Positions 19,242 through 28,794 of a DNA stretch of 64,000 nt are shown piece by piece. Below the pieces are notes generated by a model that saw only the letters and a program-made list of their open reading frames with translations, searched no databases and was not told where the DNA came from. The position numbers and the translations under genes were made by a program. The number at the start of each line of letters is the position of its first letter. Within the stretch, counting starts at the first letter, position 1. Source of the DNA: an uncultured Ignavibacteria bacterium (GTDB taxonomy: Bacteria > Zixibacteria > MSB-5A5 > WJJR01); the NCBI GenBank assembly GCA_964593585.1, contig CAZQIZ010000009.1:306-64305 (forward strand), written 5' to 3'.

Positions 19242-20915
19242 ATGCGCACAATCCTCGCCCTTCTGGCCGCGACGCTGGTCGCCGCGTCCGTCCGCGCCGA
19301 GGTCCCGACCGGAATCACCATCCAGGGCCGACTCACCGACGCCGCCGGCGTGCCGCTTCCCGCCGGCAACAAGGACTTCACGTTCAAAATCTTCGATGCC
19401 GCCGTCGGGGGCACCGAAGTCTGGCCCGGCGGGGCAGGGGAGGATCAGGTCATCGCCAGCGACGCCGACGGACTCTGGTCGGCCACCCTCGGCGCAATTC
19501 TTCCGGTTACCGGCGAGGCCTTCCAGGATTCGGCGCGCTGGCTGCAGATCACCGTGGAGGGCACCACGCTGCCGCGCGTGCGCCTCCAATCGACTCCCTA
19601 TGCCATCCGTCTCGAATCCATCGACCGCGCCTACGGCGGCACGATCCAAAGCCCGGTGGCCATCGGCCCCGGTCACACCAACAGCGGTCCCATGGGCTTC
19701 GTCGCCGGCGCAGACAATGCCGTGACCGCCGAGGCCGGCTCCATCTCCGGCGGCCGCTACAACGAAGCCACCGGAGTCGGCGCCACCGTCGGCGGCGGTG
19801 TCTTCAATCGCGCGCGCGGCGACTATTCTGTCATCGCCGGCGGCGGTGCCGATGGCATCGACTCGAATCTTGCCGCAGGCAATTGGTCGACCATTTCCGG
19901 CGGATTCCGGAACACAACTCGGGCCCCGTATGCCACCGTCGGCGGCGGCATCGGACACACCGTGGATAATCTGGCCTCCTATGGTGTCATCGCCGGTGGC
20001 GGCTTCAGCACGGCCGAGGGATTCTTTTCCGCCATCGGCGGCGGATGGGCCAATCGGGCCGCTGGACCGTACTCCACCGTGACCGGCGGCTCCTTCAACC
20101 GCGCCTACGGCTACGGCGCGGTCGTCCATGGCGGCTCGGGATCTCCCGCCGATTCGAACGTGGCCCGCGGCAATTTCTCCATGGTCCTCGGCGGAACGCG
20201 AAACCTCGCCAATGGCAACTGGTCGCTGGCCGCCGGCCATCGCGCCCGCGCACAACACACTGCCTCCTTCGTCTGGGCTGACAGCACCAGCGCCGATTTC
20301 TTCTCCACCGGCCCCAGTCAGTTCCTCATCCGCGCCCGCGGCGGCGTCGGCATCGGCACCAACCAGCCGCAGACCGCCACCGGCGGACAGGTCCTGCACA
20401 TCCTCAACCCCGTCGGCCCCTCCGTGCTGCGTCTCGATGACGGAGAATTCAATGGCATCCAGTGGGAGATCCAGTCCACCGTCTACGGGGGCATCGGCAC
20501 GCTCAACTTCAGTAACATTACCGCCTTTACCAATCCGTTCCAGTTCTATGCCACCGGCGACTTCCATGCCTCCGGCAACATCTGCGCCGCCAACCACGCC
20601 TGCCCCTCCGATGCGCGTCTCAAGGAGGACGTCCGGCCCATCGCCGGCGCCCTCGAACGCGTCCGGCAGTTGCGCGGTATCGAATACCGCTGGACGGAAG
20701 CGGCGCAACGCGACCGCCATCTGCCCGCCGACCGGCAGATCGGCCTCCTCGCCCAAGATGTCCGCGCCATCGCCCCGCAGGCCGTGATCGAGCAATCCGA
20801 TGGCACGCTCGCTGTTGACTACGCGCGACTCGTGCCCCTCTTGATCGAAGCAGTGAAAACTCGACAGCAGCAAATCGAATCACTGAATACCCGGTTGGAG
20901 CAACTCATTCCGTAG
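19242..20915 (+). CDS. Fibre-like surface protein paralog A: signal peptide, conserved N-terminal domain, Gly/Asn/Ala 14-residue repeats, C-terminal Peptidase-S74-like intramolecular chaperone domain
   Basis: ATG with AAGGAGA RBS. N-terminus EVPTGITIQGRLTDAAGVPLPAGNKDFTFKIFDAAVGG...WLQITVEGTTLPRVRLQSTPYA is homologous to the N-termini of the six downstream genes. C-terminus CPSDARLKEDVRPI...QIGLLAQDVRAIAPQAV...LAVDYARLVPLLIEAVK matches the SDxRLKxNI / IAQEV / LIEAIKEL pattern of phage tail-spike and endosialidase chaperone domains. Confidence 0.8.
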   Translation: MRTILALLAATLVAASVRAEVPTGITIQGRLTDAAGVPLPAGNKDFTFKIFDAAVGGTEVWPGGAGEDQVIASDADGLWSATLGAILPVTGEAFQDSARWLQITVEGTTLPRVRLQSTPYAIRLESIDRAYGGTIQSPVAIGPGHTNSGPMGFVAGADNAVTAEAGSISGGRYNEATGVGATVGGGVFNRARGDYSVIAGGGADGIDSNLAAGNWSTISGGFRNTTRAPYATVGGGIGHTVDNLASYGVIAGGGFSTAEGFFSAIGGGWANRAAGPYSTVTGGSFNRAYGYGAVVHGGSGSPADSNVARGNFSMVLGGTRNLANGNWSLAAGHRARAQHTASFVWADSTSADFFSTGPSQFLIRARGGVGIGTNQPQTATGGQVLHILNPVGPSVLRLDDGEFNGIQWEIQSTVYGGIGTLNFSNITAFTNPFQFYATGDFHASGNICAANHACPSDARLKEDVRPIAGALERVRQLRGIEYRWTEAAQRDRHLPADRQIGLLAQDVRAIAPQAVIEQSDGTLAVDYARLVPLLIEAVKTRQQQIESLNTRLEQLIP

Positions 20916-20926
20916 GAGGCCTTGTC

Positions 20927-23494
20927 ATGCGCTGCCTGACCCTTCTTGCTGTCATCGTCCTGGCGTGGAGCGCCACCGTTCAGGCCGCCGTTCCCGCCAG
21001 CATCACCGTGCAGGGCAAACTGACCGATCTGTCCGGCAATCCGCTGCCCGCCGGATCGAAGAACTTCGTTTTCAAGATTTACGATGCCCCCACGCTGGGC
21101 AATGAGATCTGGCCCAACGGAGCAGGGGAGAACCAGTCGCTGACCAGCGACGCCGCCGGTCTCTGGATCGGACTGGTCGGCGCGGTGGTACCGCTGACCG
21201 ACGCAGTCTTCAGCGACAGTGTTCGCTGGCTGGAGATTAACGTCGACGGCACGACGCTGCCGCGCGTGCGACTGGCGACCGGCCCCTATGCGCACCGTGT
21301 CGCGACCGTGGATGGTGCATCCGGCGGCTCGATCACCACCAAGGTCTCCATCGGTCCCGGGCATCTCAACAGCGGTGCGCACGCCTTCGTCACCGGGATC
21401 GGAAACACGACTACCGGCGATACATCGACGATTGCAGGCGGCGCGCGAAATGTGGTCGGCGGACCCGGCGCAGCGATTCTCGGCGGCGTGGATCAGACGG
21501 TGTCTGGTGGTTTCTCGGCAATCGCCGGCGGACAGAACAACACCGCCGCCGGTGTCGCGAATTTCATTGGAGGCGGTTCGGGAAATCATACGGAGAACAA
21601 CAACTCCGTTATCGCCGGCGGACGAGACAATGCCGCCACCGGTTTCGGCGCCACGGTCAGCGGCGGCATCAACGACACCGCCCTTGGTCCGGCAACGACC
21701 GTGGCCGGAGGCGCCTTCAACTCCGCCCGGGCCGACTACGGCGCCGTCTCCGGCGGAGTGCAGAACGCAGCCGTGGGGCAATGGGCGTACGTGGGCGGCG
21801 GATGGAAGGATTCCGCCCTCGCACGCGGTGCCACGGTCTCCGGCGGCGAGACCAATGTTGCCTCAGGAAACTGGTCGACAATCGGCGGTGGCGCCACCAA
21901 CGCCGCGCCCGGACAGGGCGCCACGGTGGCCGGCGGTGGCGGCAATCTCGCCATCGGCGCCAACTCGGTCGTCGGCGGCGGCGAACTGAATCGCGCCGGA
22001 GCCGTCGCATCCACAATCGCCGGTGGTTACGACAGTGACGCGGACAGCAGCTACACCGCCATCGGCGGCGGATACCAAAACCGCGCCCGCGCCGGATACG
22101 GCGCCATCTCAGGCGGGCGCGCCAATCTGATTGACTACAAAGGACTCTTCGGCACTATCGGCGGCGGCCTGTCGAATCGCGCCGGCGGTCCCGGTGCGAC
22201 AGTCGCTGGCGGCCGCAACTGCTTTGCCGATACCAACGGCACCGTCGGCGGCGGATATGCCGACAGCGCCACCGGGAACGGCGCCTTCGTCGGCGGAGGG
22301 TTTTACAACACCGCCGCCACCTTTCAATCCGCCATCGTTGGGGGGTACTATAATCGTGCCTTCGGCTACTCCTCGTTCATCGGTGGCGGCGGCTTCAACA
22401 AGGCGTATGGCTGGTACTCCGTCATCGGCGGCGGTGGCGGCACAAGCGTGGTCGACTCGAACGCGGCCATCGGCGACTACTCGTTTATCGGCGGCGGCTC
22501 CACGAACACCGCCAGCGGCGATTACACCACCCTTTCCGGTGGGCAACGCAATCGGGCCGCGGCGGTCGGCGGCACCATCGGCGGCGGTTACGACAACTAC
22601 ACCCAAGGGGTCATGGCAACCGTCGGTGGGGGCCAAGGCGACAGCGCGCTGGGCAACTATTCCACAATCCCCGGCGGGCAGCTGAATCGCGCCGCAGGAG
22701 ACAATTCCTTTGCCGCAGGATTCCTCGCCCGAGCCAATCACGACGGAACGTTTGTCTGGGCCGACGGCATCGGCGCCTCCTTCACCTCGACGGGCGCCAA
22801 TCAGTTCCTCGTCCGCGCTGGGGGCGGCGTCGGCATCAATACCTCGCAACCGGAAACTCCGCTGCATGTGCTGAGGGGGTCGACTCCCGTTTCGGGAACC
22901 GCCTGGCCATACGCCATCGCCAACTTCGAACATGCCGACAACGGGTACATCTCCATCACCACCCCGGATGTGAATGAGCGCGGCATCCTCTTCGCCGACG
23001 CCTCCTCCAACGTCGACGGTGCGATCATCTACAACTCAAGCATCGCCGGCGTGCCCGATGGATTCCAATTCCGCACATCGGGAAACCAGGCCCGGGTCAA
23101 CTTCTACTCCAACGGCGATGTCCTCGCTGTCGGCAATATTACCGCCTGGGGCAATGTCTGCGCCTTCAACGGCGGCGCATGCGTCTCTGACGGACGTCTG
23201 AAAACTGATGTCGCGCCGCTGACCAATGCCCTGGATGCTGTCGAACGGCTCCGTGGCGTCAGATACCAATGGAAACACGATGCCATACCCGACCATCCGA
23301 TGGCTCGGGGCGAGCAGATCGGTCTCATCGCGCAGGAAGTTAGAGAGATCATCCCTCAGGCTGTCACCGAGACGCGCGAGGGCTACCTCGCCGTTGACTA
23401 CGCGCGTCTGGTCCCGTTGCTCATCGAAGCGCTCAAGGAGCAACAACGCCAGATCGACGAACTGAAATCCGAACGGCGCGCCTCGACACCCTGA
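20927..23494 (+). CDS. Fibre-like surface protein paralog B (855 aa), with S74-like C-terminal chaperone domain
   Basis: AGGAGG RBS and ATG 11 nt after the paralog A stop. Signal peptide MRCLTLLAVIVLAWSATVQA. Conserved N-domain AVPASITVQGKLTDLSGNPLPAGSKNFVFKIYDAPTLGNEIWPNGAGENQSLTSDAAGLW...LPRVRLATGPYAHRV. About 45 repeats of the x-x-x-T/S-V-x-G-G-x-x-N-x-A-x-G type (YadA-head/Hep_Hag-like). C-terminus SDGRLKTDVAPL...IGLIAQEVREIIPQAV...LIEALKEQQRQIDELK. Confidence 0.85.
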   Translation: MRCLTLLAVIVLAWSATVQAAVPASITVQGKLTDLSGNPLPAGSKNFVFKIYDAPTLGNEIWPNGAGENQSLTSDAAGLWIGLVGAVVPLTDAVFSDSVRWLEINVDGTTLPRVRLATGPYAHRVATVDGASGGSITTKVSIGPGHLNSGAHAFVTGIGNTTTGDTSTIAGGARNVVGGPGAAILGGVDQTVSGGFSAIAGGQNNTAAGVANFIGGGSGNHTENNNSVIAGGRDNAATGFGATVSGGINDTALGPATTVAGGAFNSARADYGAVSGGVQNAAVGQWAYVGGGWKDSALARGATVSGGETNVASGNWSTIGGGATNAAPGQGATVAGGGGNLAIGANSVVGGGELNRAGAVASTIAGGYDSDADSSYTAIGGGYQNRARAGYGAISGGRANLIDYKGLFGTIGGGLSNRAGGPGATVAGGRNCFADTNGTVGGGYADSATGNGAFVGGGFYNTAATFQSAIVGGYYNRAFGYSSFIGGGGFNKAYGWYSVIGGGGGTSVVDSNAAIGDYSFIGGGSTNTASGDYTTLSGGQRNRAAAVGGTIGGGYDNYTQGVMATVGGGQGDSALGNYSTIPGGQLNRAAGDNSFAAGFLARANHDGTFVWADGIGASFTSTGANQFLVRAGGGVGINTSQPETPLHVLRGSTPVSGTAWPYAIANFEHADNGYISITTPDVNERGILFADASSNVDGAIIYNSSIAGVPDGFQFRTSGNQARVNFYSNGDVLAVGNITAWGNVCAFNGGACVSDGRLKTDVAPLTNALDAVERLRGVRYQWKHDAIPDHPMARGEQIGLIAQEVREIIPQAVTETREGYLAVDYARLVPLLIEALKEQQRQIDELKSERRASTP

Positions 23495-23583
23495 CGTCAG
23501 CGCGCCGACAATACCGAACGCGGTGTTTGTCCCAGTTGGACACCGATTCACCTCTCATCGCTGGAGCTTTGGTGGAGGACCTC

Positions 23584-25623
23584 ATGATTCGACGTGCCAT
23601 TGCGAGGATCTCGTTGGTGTGCGCCGCTGCCCTCACCGCGTACGCCGCTGTGCCCGCCAGCATCACCGTGCAGGGCAAACTGACCGATGTGTCCGGCAAT
23701 CCGCTGCCGGCCGGATCGAAGAACTTCGTTTTCAAGATTTACGATGCCCCCACGCTGGGCAATGAGATCTGGCCCAACGGGGCAGGGGAAAATCAGTCGC
23801 TGACCAGCGACGCATCCGGCCTCTGGATCGGCCTGGTCGGCGCGGTGGTACCGCTGACCGACGCGGTCTTCAGGGACACGGTTCGTTGGTTGGAAGTCAC
23901 CGTCGACGGGACTACGCTGCCGCGCGTGCGACTGGTCACGGGCCCCTATGCGCACCGTGCCGCGACCGTGGATGGCGCTTCCGGCGGTGCAATCATCGGT
24001 TCGCTGTCGGTCGGTTTGAACAATGCCGCCACCGGTTTCGAGACTTTCGCCGCCGGACGTGCAAACACCGCCAGCGGGCATTACTCTGCTGTCGATGGAG
24101 GCCTCGATAATGCGGCCATCGCGACTTACTCCGTCGTCGGCGGAGGCTGGAAAGACACCGCCTCTGGCTGGGCTTCCGTCGTCGATGGCGGCGAGTTAAA
24201 TCGCGCCTATGGTCTCTGGTCGACAGTGGGAGGGGGAGGCAGTAACCAGGCCATTGATCAGGGAACAACAATCGCAGGCGGCGGCAGCAGTATCGCGCGG
24301 GGGCTCAACGCTACAATCGGCGGAGGCGCGAACAACCTGACCGATGCGCCATTTGCAACACTGTCCGGCGGCGAATACAATGCCGCGCGCGGCACGCATG
24401 CGACAATCGGAGGCGGCAGGGGAAATTTGACGTATGGGCAATTTTCCACCATCGCCGGGGGCGGGGGCGGCCTCCCGCAAGACTCCAACTCCGCGCGCGG
24501 CGATTACTCAGTCGTCGTCGCCGGACGTCGAAACCATGCTTCTGGTTTTGAATCAACCATAGGAGGCGGCACAACCAATCGGGCCGCGGGCTCGGGCTCC
24601 ACCATCCCCGGCGGCAGCTGCAATAGCGCCGTCGGCGCAAACAGCTTTGCCGCGGGCGTTGGCGCAAAGTCGAACCACCCCGGCAGTTTCGTGTGGAACA
24701 GCGCGAGCAGTTGCGCCGACAGCTTCGCCTCTACGGCCGCGAATCAATTCCTCGTTCGTGCAGCCGGCGGTGTCGGCGTCAACACCGCAAGCCCGAATCG
24801 AACCTTGACCGTCATTGGGGACATGGGAGTAAGCGGCCCGGTCGGGATCGGGACGACCAACCCCAACAAGACACTCACCGTCGATGGCGACATGGAAATC
24901 GGCGTGGCGTCTGGCGACTATCATCACATGCGCATCGGCGGCGGCAATTCATCCGGTTTCCTCTATGGCAGTTACGCGCGTTATGGTGACGGCATTCACA
25001 TGGGCTATAACTACCACGCCAACGCGGCCGGAAATCCTGTCGTGATCGCGGCCGGAGGAGGGACAAGCCGCTTGTCGCTCGGGTACGGATGGATGGCGGG
25101 GTACATCGGCGGGACAGGCGCTGAGCCGACAACCCGATCCTTCTATGTCGAACCCAACGGCAACTTCCGGGTGGACGAGGCGCTGCTTGTCGACGGTACG
25201 GGCAATTTCTACAACGGCATGTACATCTGGAATGGCCTGAGTCTGCAAAGTGGCAACATGATACTCTACGGAGACATCTGGAGAGGCGGTTGTTACGCGA
25301 ACTTCACGTGTCCCTCTGACCTGCGCTTGAAGAAAAACGTCAAGCCGCTCGCCGATCCCATTGGCAATATCCGGCGATTGCATGGTGTGCGATTCGACTG
25401 GCGACGTGAGGAATTTCCCGATCGCGAATTCCCGGAAGACAATCAGATCGGGCTGATTGCGCAGGAAGTTCTTGAGGTTGCTCCGACGGCGGTCACCAGG
25501 CACACGGACGGCTACATGAGTGTCGACTACGCCAAACTCGTGCCGCTCCTCATCGAGGGTATGAAGGAACAGCAGAAGCGGATCGAGAAACTGGAGGAGA
25601 CCATTCGGCGAATGCAGCCGTAA
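23584..25623 (+). CDS. Fibre-like surface protein paralog C (~680 aa), with S74-like C-terminal chaperone domain
   Basis: ATG 23584 after GGTGGAGGA; the ORF-track TTG start at 23527 is less likely. Signal peptide MIRRAIARISLVCAAALTAYA. N-domain ~95% identical to paralog B at nucleotide level. C-terminus CPSDLRLKKNVKPL...IGLIAQEVLEVAPTAV...LIEGMKEQQKRIEKLEE. Confidence 0.85.
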   Translation: MIRRAIARISLVCAAALTAYAAVPASITVQGKLTDVSGNPLPAGSKNFVFKIYDAPTLGNEIWPNGAGENQSLTSDASGLWIGLVGAVVPLTDAVFRDTVRWLEVTVDGTTLPRVRLVTGPYAHRAATVDGASGGAIIGSLSVGLNNAATGFETFAAGRANTASGHYSAVDGGLDNAAIATYSVVGGGWKDTASGWASVVDGGELNRAYGLWSTVGGGGSNQAIDQGTTIAGGGSSIARGLNATIGGGANNLTDAPFATLSGGEYNAARGTHATIGGGRGNLTYGQFSTIAGGGGGLPQDSNSARGDYSVVVAGRRNHASGFESTIGGGTTNRAAGSGSTIPGGSCNSAVGANSFAAGVGAKSNHPGSFVWNSASSCADSFASTAANQFLVRAAGGVGVNTASPNRTLTVIGDMGVSGPVGIGTTNPNKTLTVDGDMEIGVASGDYHHMRIGGGNSSGFLYGSYARYGDGIHMGYNYHANAAGNPVVIAAGGGTSRLSLGYGWMAGYIGGTGAEPTTRSFYVEPNGNFRVDEALLVDGTGNFYNGMYIWNGLSLQSGNMILYGDIWRGGCYANFTCPSDLRLKKNVKPLADPIGNIRRLHGVRFDWRREEFPDREFPEDNQIGLIAQEVLEVAPTAVTRHTDGYMSVDYAKLVPLLIEGMKEQQKRIEKLEETIRRMQP

Positions 25624-25756
25624 TCACGGCCATCTCGCCTGAACCAACCGTGACCTTCTGCCAGCTCTTGCCCGCGCTCGGAAGCGAAGTGTGCCGTGCG
25701 CCCGCCGACTTTCCCCGGCGAATGAGGTTGAATTTCCTCCCTCTTTTGGCCGAGCT

Positions 25757-25770
25757 GGACTATATTAATC
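25757..25770 (+). promoter_or_regulatory. Conserved GGACTATATTA motif (-10-like TATATT) 66 nt upstream of the paralog D start
   Basis: The same CAGACTATATTAC motif lies 70 nt upstream of the paralog E start (28711-28725). AT-rich hexamer in an otherwise GC-rich intergenic region. Confidence 0.25.
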
Positions 25771-25835
25771 CCGATTTCCGTCTCGGACGGACGCAGTCTG
25801 CCCGTTTACCGCTGTCTGCCAATTTGGAGGACCTT

Positions 25836-28586
25836 ATGACCCGAAGTGCCATTGCGGGGATCTTGCTGGTGTGTGCCGCTGCCCTCACCGCGTACGCCGC
25901 CGTGCCCACCAGCATCACCGTGCAGGGAAAACTCACCGACGCCGGCGGCAACCCGCTCTCCGCCGGTCCGAAGAATTTCACATTCAAGATCTTTGACGCC
26001 TCTGTCGGCGGCGGCCAATTCTGGCCCGATGCCGGTGGCGAGAATCAAGTCATCACCACCGCCACCGATGGCACCTGGGTGGGTCTGGTCGGCGCGGTGA
26101 TCCCGATCCTGCTTGATGCCTTCGCCGACACATCACGCTGGCTGGAGATCACTGTCGACGGCATCACTCTGCCGCGCGTCCGCCTCGTGACCGGTCCCTA
26201 CGCGTACCGTGTCGGCACCGTCGACGGCGCCTCCGGCGGCACCATCACGAGCAAAGTGGCAATTGGCGAAGGGCACTTCAACGTCGGCTTCCACACATTC
26301 GTCGCCGGATTCGACAACAACGTCGACGGCGATTTCACGAGCGTGACGGGCGGCCGGAGCAATTCGGCCACCGGACAATTCTCGCACATCAGCGGCGGCG
26401 AAAATGACACGGCCAGTGGCAATCACTCAACCGTCGGCGGCGGCTTGCACAACCGGGCCACGCAATTGGAAACGACCATCGGCGGCGGACGCGACAATCT
26501 GGCCTCAGGCTTCGCCGCCACCATTGCGGGCGGCCGGGAGAATCAGGCGACGGCCACGGAGGCGACGGTCGGTGGCGGGCAACTCAATATCGCCGGCGGC
26601 AGCAACGCCACCATCGGTGGCGGTCAGGAAAACACCGCCACCGCTTTTGCCGCCACGATTGCCGGTGGCTATCAAAACAACGCGAGCGGAGGGCAGTCGG
26701 TGATCGGCGGGGGAGAAGGAAATATTGCCGCGGGGCTGTACTCGTCTGTCCTGAGCGGATTTGAGAATCGCAGCACGGCGGAGGGAGCAGTGATCGCGGG
26801 GGGCGCCGCCAACCGGGCGTCCGGCATCTATTCCTTTGTCGGCGGAGGCGGAGGAGCGTTGCCGGATTCCAATGCCGCTTCGGGCTCCTGGTCGAGTGTG
26901 GTCGGTGGCAGCCATAACGTCGCAAGCGGTCTGACGGCCTTTGTCGGGGGCGGTTCCGGCAATATTGCCAAGTCCGGAAGTGCCGCCATCGTCGGCGGAC
27001 AGAACAACCGCGCCGATACCGGCAGCACCTTCATCGGCGGCGGACGTGACAACCACGTCGATCAGGTGGATGCGGTCATCGGCGGCGGTTGGATGAACGA
27101 GGCATTGGGCAATACATCCGCGATTCTGGGCGGACGGAGCAATGTGGCCTCCGGCGCCGGCAGCGCCATCGTCGGCGGCGTTACCAACCGCGCACGCGGG
27201 GCGTTCTCATTTGTCGGAGGCGGCGGCGGAACCACCGCCACCGATTCCAATCTCGCGTTGGGAGACCTGTCCACAATCGCCGGCGGACGCGCCAATCTCG
27301 CGACCGGAGCATACAGCGTTGTCGGTGGCGGACAGAATAACGCCGCCACCCAGTTGGAAGCCAACGTCGGCGGAGGCAATGGCAACCGAGCCACCGGCAT
27401 TGCTTCAACAGTGGCCGGCGGACGGTCCGACACCGCCGCCGGGAGTTTTTCCACTGTCGGCGGTGGAATCCGCAATCGCGCCAATGACTACGCCACCGTC
27501 GCGGGCGGGATGGAAAACCGCGCCATCGGTAATTACGCAACCATTGGCGGTGGAAATCGCAACTTCGCTGAATTCGCCAGCACCATTGCCGGCGGACAAT
27601 TCAACACGGCGTCAGCCACCAATGGCGCCAGCATCGTGGGGGGCGTGCAAAACACGGCCGATGGTAGCTTCTCGTTTATCGGCGGTGGGTACCACAACCA
27701 GACCTACGGCGACTTGTCAACCATCGGCGGTGGAGGCGGAAGCAGCGACATCGACTCCAACGTTACGCGCGGATTGTGCGCCACCATCCCCGGCGGACGC
27801 CGCAACCGCGCCAACGGCAGCTTCTCCTTCGCCGCCGGACGACGCGCGCATGCCTTGCACCACGGCACTTTTGTCTGGGCCGATTCCACCGAAGCCGATT
27901 TCGTCTCGACCGCGCAGGACCAGTTCCTCATCCGCGCCTCCGGCGGTGTCGGCATCGGCACCAACGCGCCGGAAGGCCCCTGGCATGTGCAGAAGGGCAG
28001 CGCGGGCGCCGTCACCGCCAACAGCAACTCCATCGCCGTCTTTGAGACCAGCGCAAGCAATGGCTGGCTCTCCATCCTCGGCCCCGACAACGCGGAGCGC
28101 GGATTGCTGTTCACCGAACCGTCGAGCGCGGTGGCCGGGGCCATCGTCTTCGATCAGGGCGGCGGCGGAGATGACATCGGCTTCCGGACCGGAGGTAACG
28201 TTACGCGCATGACCCTTGATGCGTCTGGGAACCTCACGGTGTCAGGTTGTGTCGACGGCAACAACACGGCCTGTGCCTCCGATGAGCGATTCAAGACAAA
28301 CATCGCCACGGTCGATGACGCGCTGGCGCTTGTCGGGCGGCTGCGGGGTGTCCGGTACGAATGGCGCCGTGAGGAGTTCCCCGATCACTCCTTCGACGCC
28401 GGCGCACAGTACGGGGTCATTGCTCAGGAGGTCCGCGAAGTTCTGCCCGAGGTTGTCCGCGAGCGCGCCGATGGCTACCTCTCCGTCGAGTACAATGCGT
28501 TGATCCCGCTGCTGATCGAAGGCATGAAGGAGCAGCAACGCCAGATCGACGAGCTGAAGGCGGCGCTGCGCGCTCTCACCCCGTAG
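25836..28586 (+). CDS. Fibre-like surface protein paralog D (~916 aa), with S74-like C-terminal chaperone domain
   Basis: ATG 25836 after GGAGGA; the ORF-track start at 25650 lacks an RBS. Signal peptide MTRSAIAGILLVCAAALTAYA. Conserved N-domain. Very long Gly/Asn/Ala repeat region. C-terminus CASDERFKTNIATV...YGVIAQEVREVLPEVV...LIEGMKEQQRQIDELKAALRALTP. Confidence 0.85.
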   Translation: MTRSAIAGILLVCAAALTAYAAVPTSITVQGKLTDAGGNPLSAGPKNFTFKIFDASVGGGQFWPDAGGENQVITTATDGTWVGLVGAVIPILLDAFADTSRWLEITVDGITLPRVRLVTGPYAYRVGTVDGASGGTITSKVAIGEGHFNVGFHTFVAGFDNNVDGDFTSVTGGRSNSATGQFSHISGGENDTASGNHSTVGGGLHNRATQLETTIGGGRDNLASGFAATIAGGRENQATATEATVGGGQLNIAGGSNATIGGGQENTATAFAATIAGGYQNNASGGQSVIGGGEGNIAAGLYSSVLSGFENRSTAEGAVIAGGAANRASGIYSFVGGGGGALPDSNAASGSWSSVVGGSHNVASGLTAFVGGGSGNIAKSGSAAIVGGQNNRADTGSTFIGGGRDNHVDQVDAVIGGGWMNEALGNTSAILGGRSNVASGAGSAIVGGVTNRARGAFSFVGGGGGTTATDSNLALGDLSTIAGGRANLATGAYSVVGGGQNNAATQLEANVGGGNGNRATGIASTVAGGRSDTAAGSFSTVGGGIRNRANDYATVAGGMENRAIGNYATIGGGNRNFAEFASTIAGGQFNTASATNGASIVGGVQNTADGSFSFIGGGYHNQTYGDLSTIGGGGGSSDIDSNVTRGLCATIPGGRRNRANGSFSFAAGRRAHALHHGTFVWADSTEADFVSTAQDQFLIRASGGVGIGTNAPEGPWHVQKGSAGAVTANSNSIAVFETSASNGWLSILGPDNAERGLLFTEPSSAVAGAIVFDQGGGGDDIGFRTGGNVTRMTLDASGNLTVSGCVDGNNTACASDERFKTNIATVDDALALVGRLRGVRYEWRREEFPDHSFDAGAQYGVIAQEVREVLPEVVRERADGYLSVEYNALIPLLIEGMKEQQRQIDELKAALRALTP

Positions 28587-28600
28587 AAATCTGACACGGC

Positions 28601-28651
28601 CGATCCGCTTTCGCCCACTTTCCTGACCACAGGAGCGGCGAAAGCGGATCG
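28601..28651 (+). terminator. 15-bp inverted repeat (cgatccgctttcgcc ... ggcgaaagcggatcg) immediately after the paralog D stop; possible terminator or regulatory stem-loop
   Basis: Perfect 15-bp arms separated by a 21-nt loop. No T-tract, so function as an intrinsic terminator is uncertain. Confidence 0.3.
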
Positions 28652-28710
28652 CGCCAGTCCGGTTTGAACCCCGGAATCGGGCCGAAATCCCTCTCCTACT
28701 TCTTTCAGAT

Positions 28711-28725
28711 CAGACTATATTACTC
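28711..28725 (+). promoter_or_regulatory. Conserved CAGACTATATTAC motif (-10-like) 70 nt upstream of the paralog E start
   Basis: Matches the motif upstream of paralog D. Confidence 0.25.
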
Positions 28726-28794
28726 GCAAATCCCGTCACCGCGACGGCCGCTGTCTTACCTGTTGTTAAAACTGATCGTACCAGGAGGTCGCCA

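Noticed and set aside
28655-28690. tRNA-like T-arm impression (ggtttgaaccccgg) in the paralog D/E spacer
   Set aside because: No acceptor stem, anticodon arm or GTTCGA/TTCRANYC consensus could be built around it; no tRNA or rRNA was recognisable anywhere in the window.
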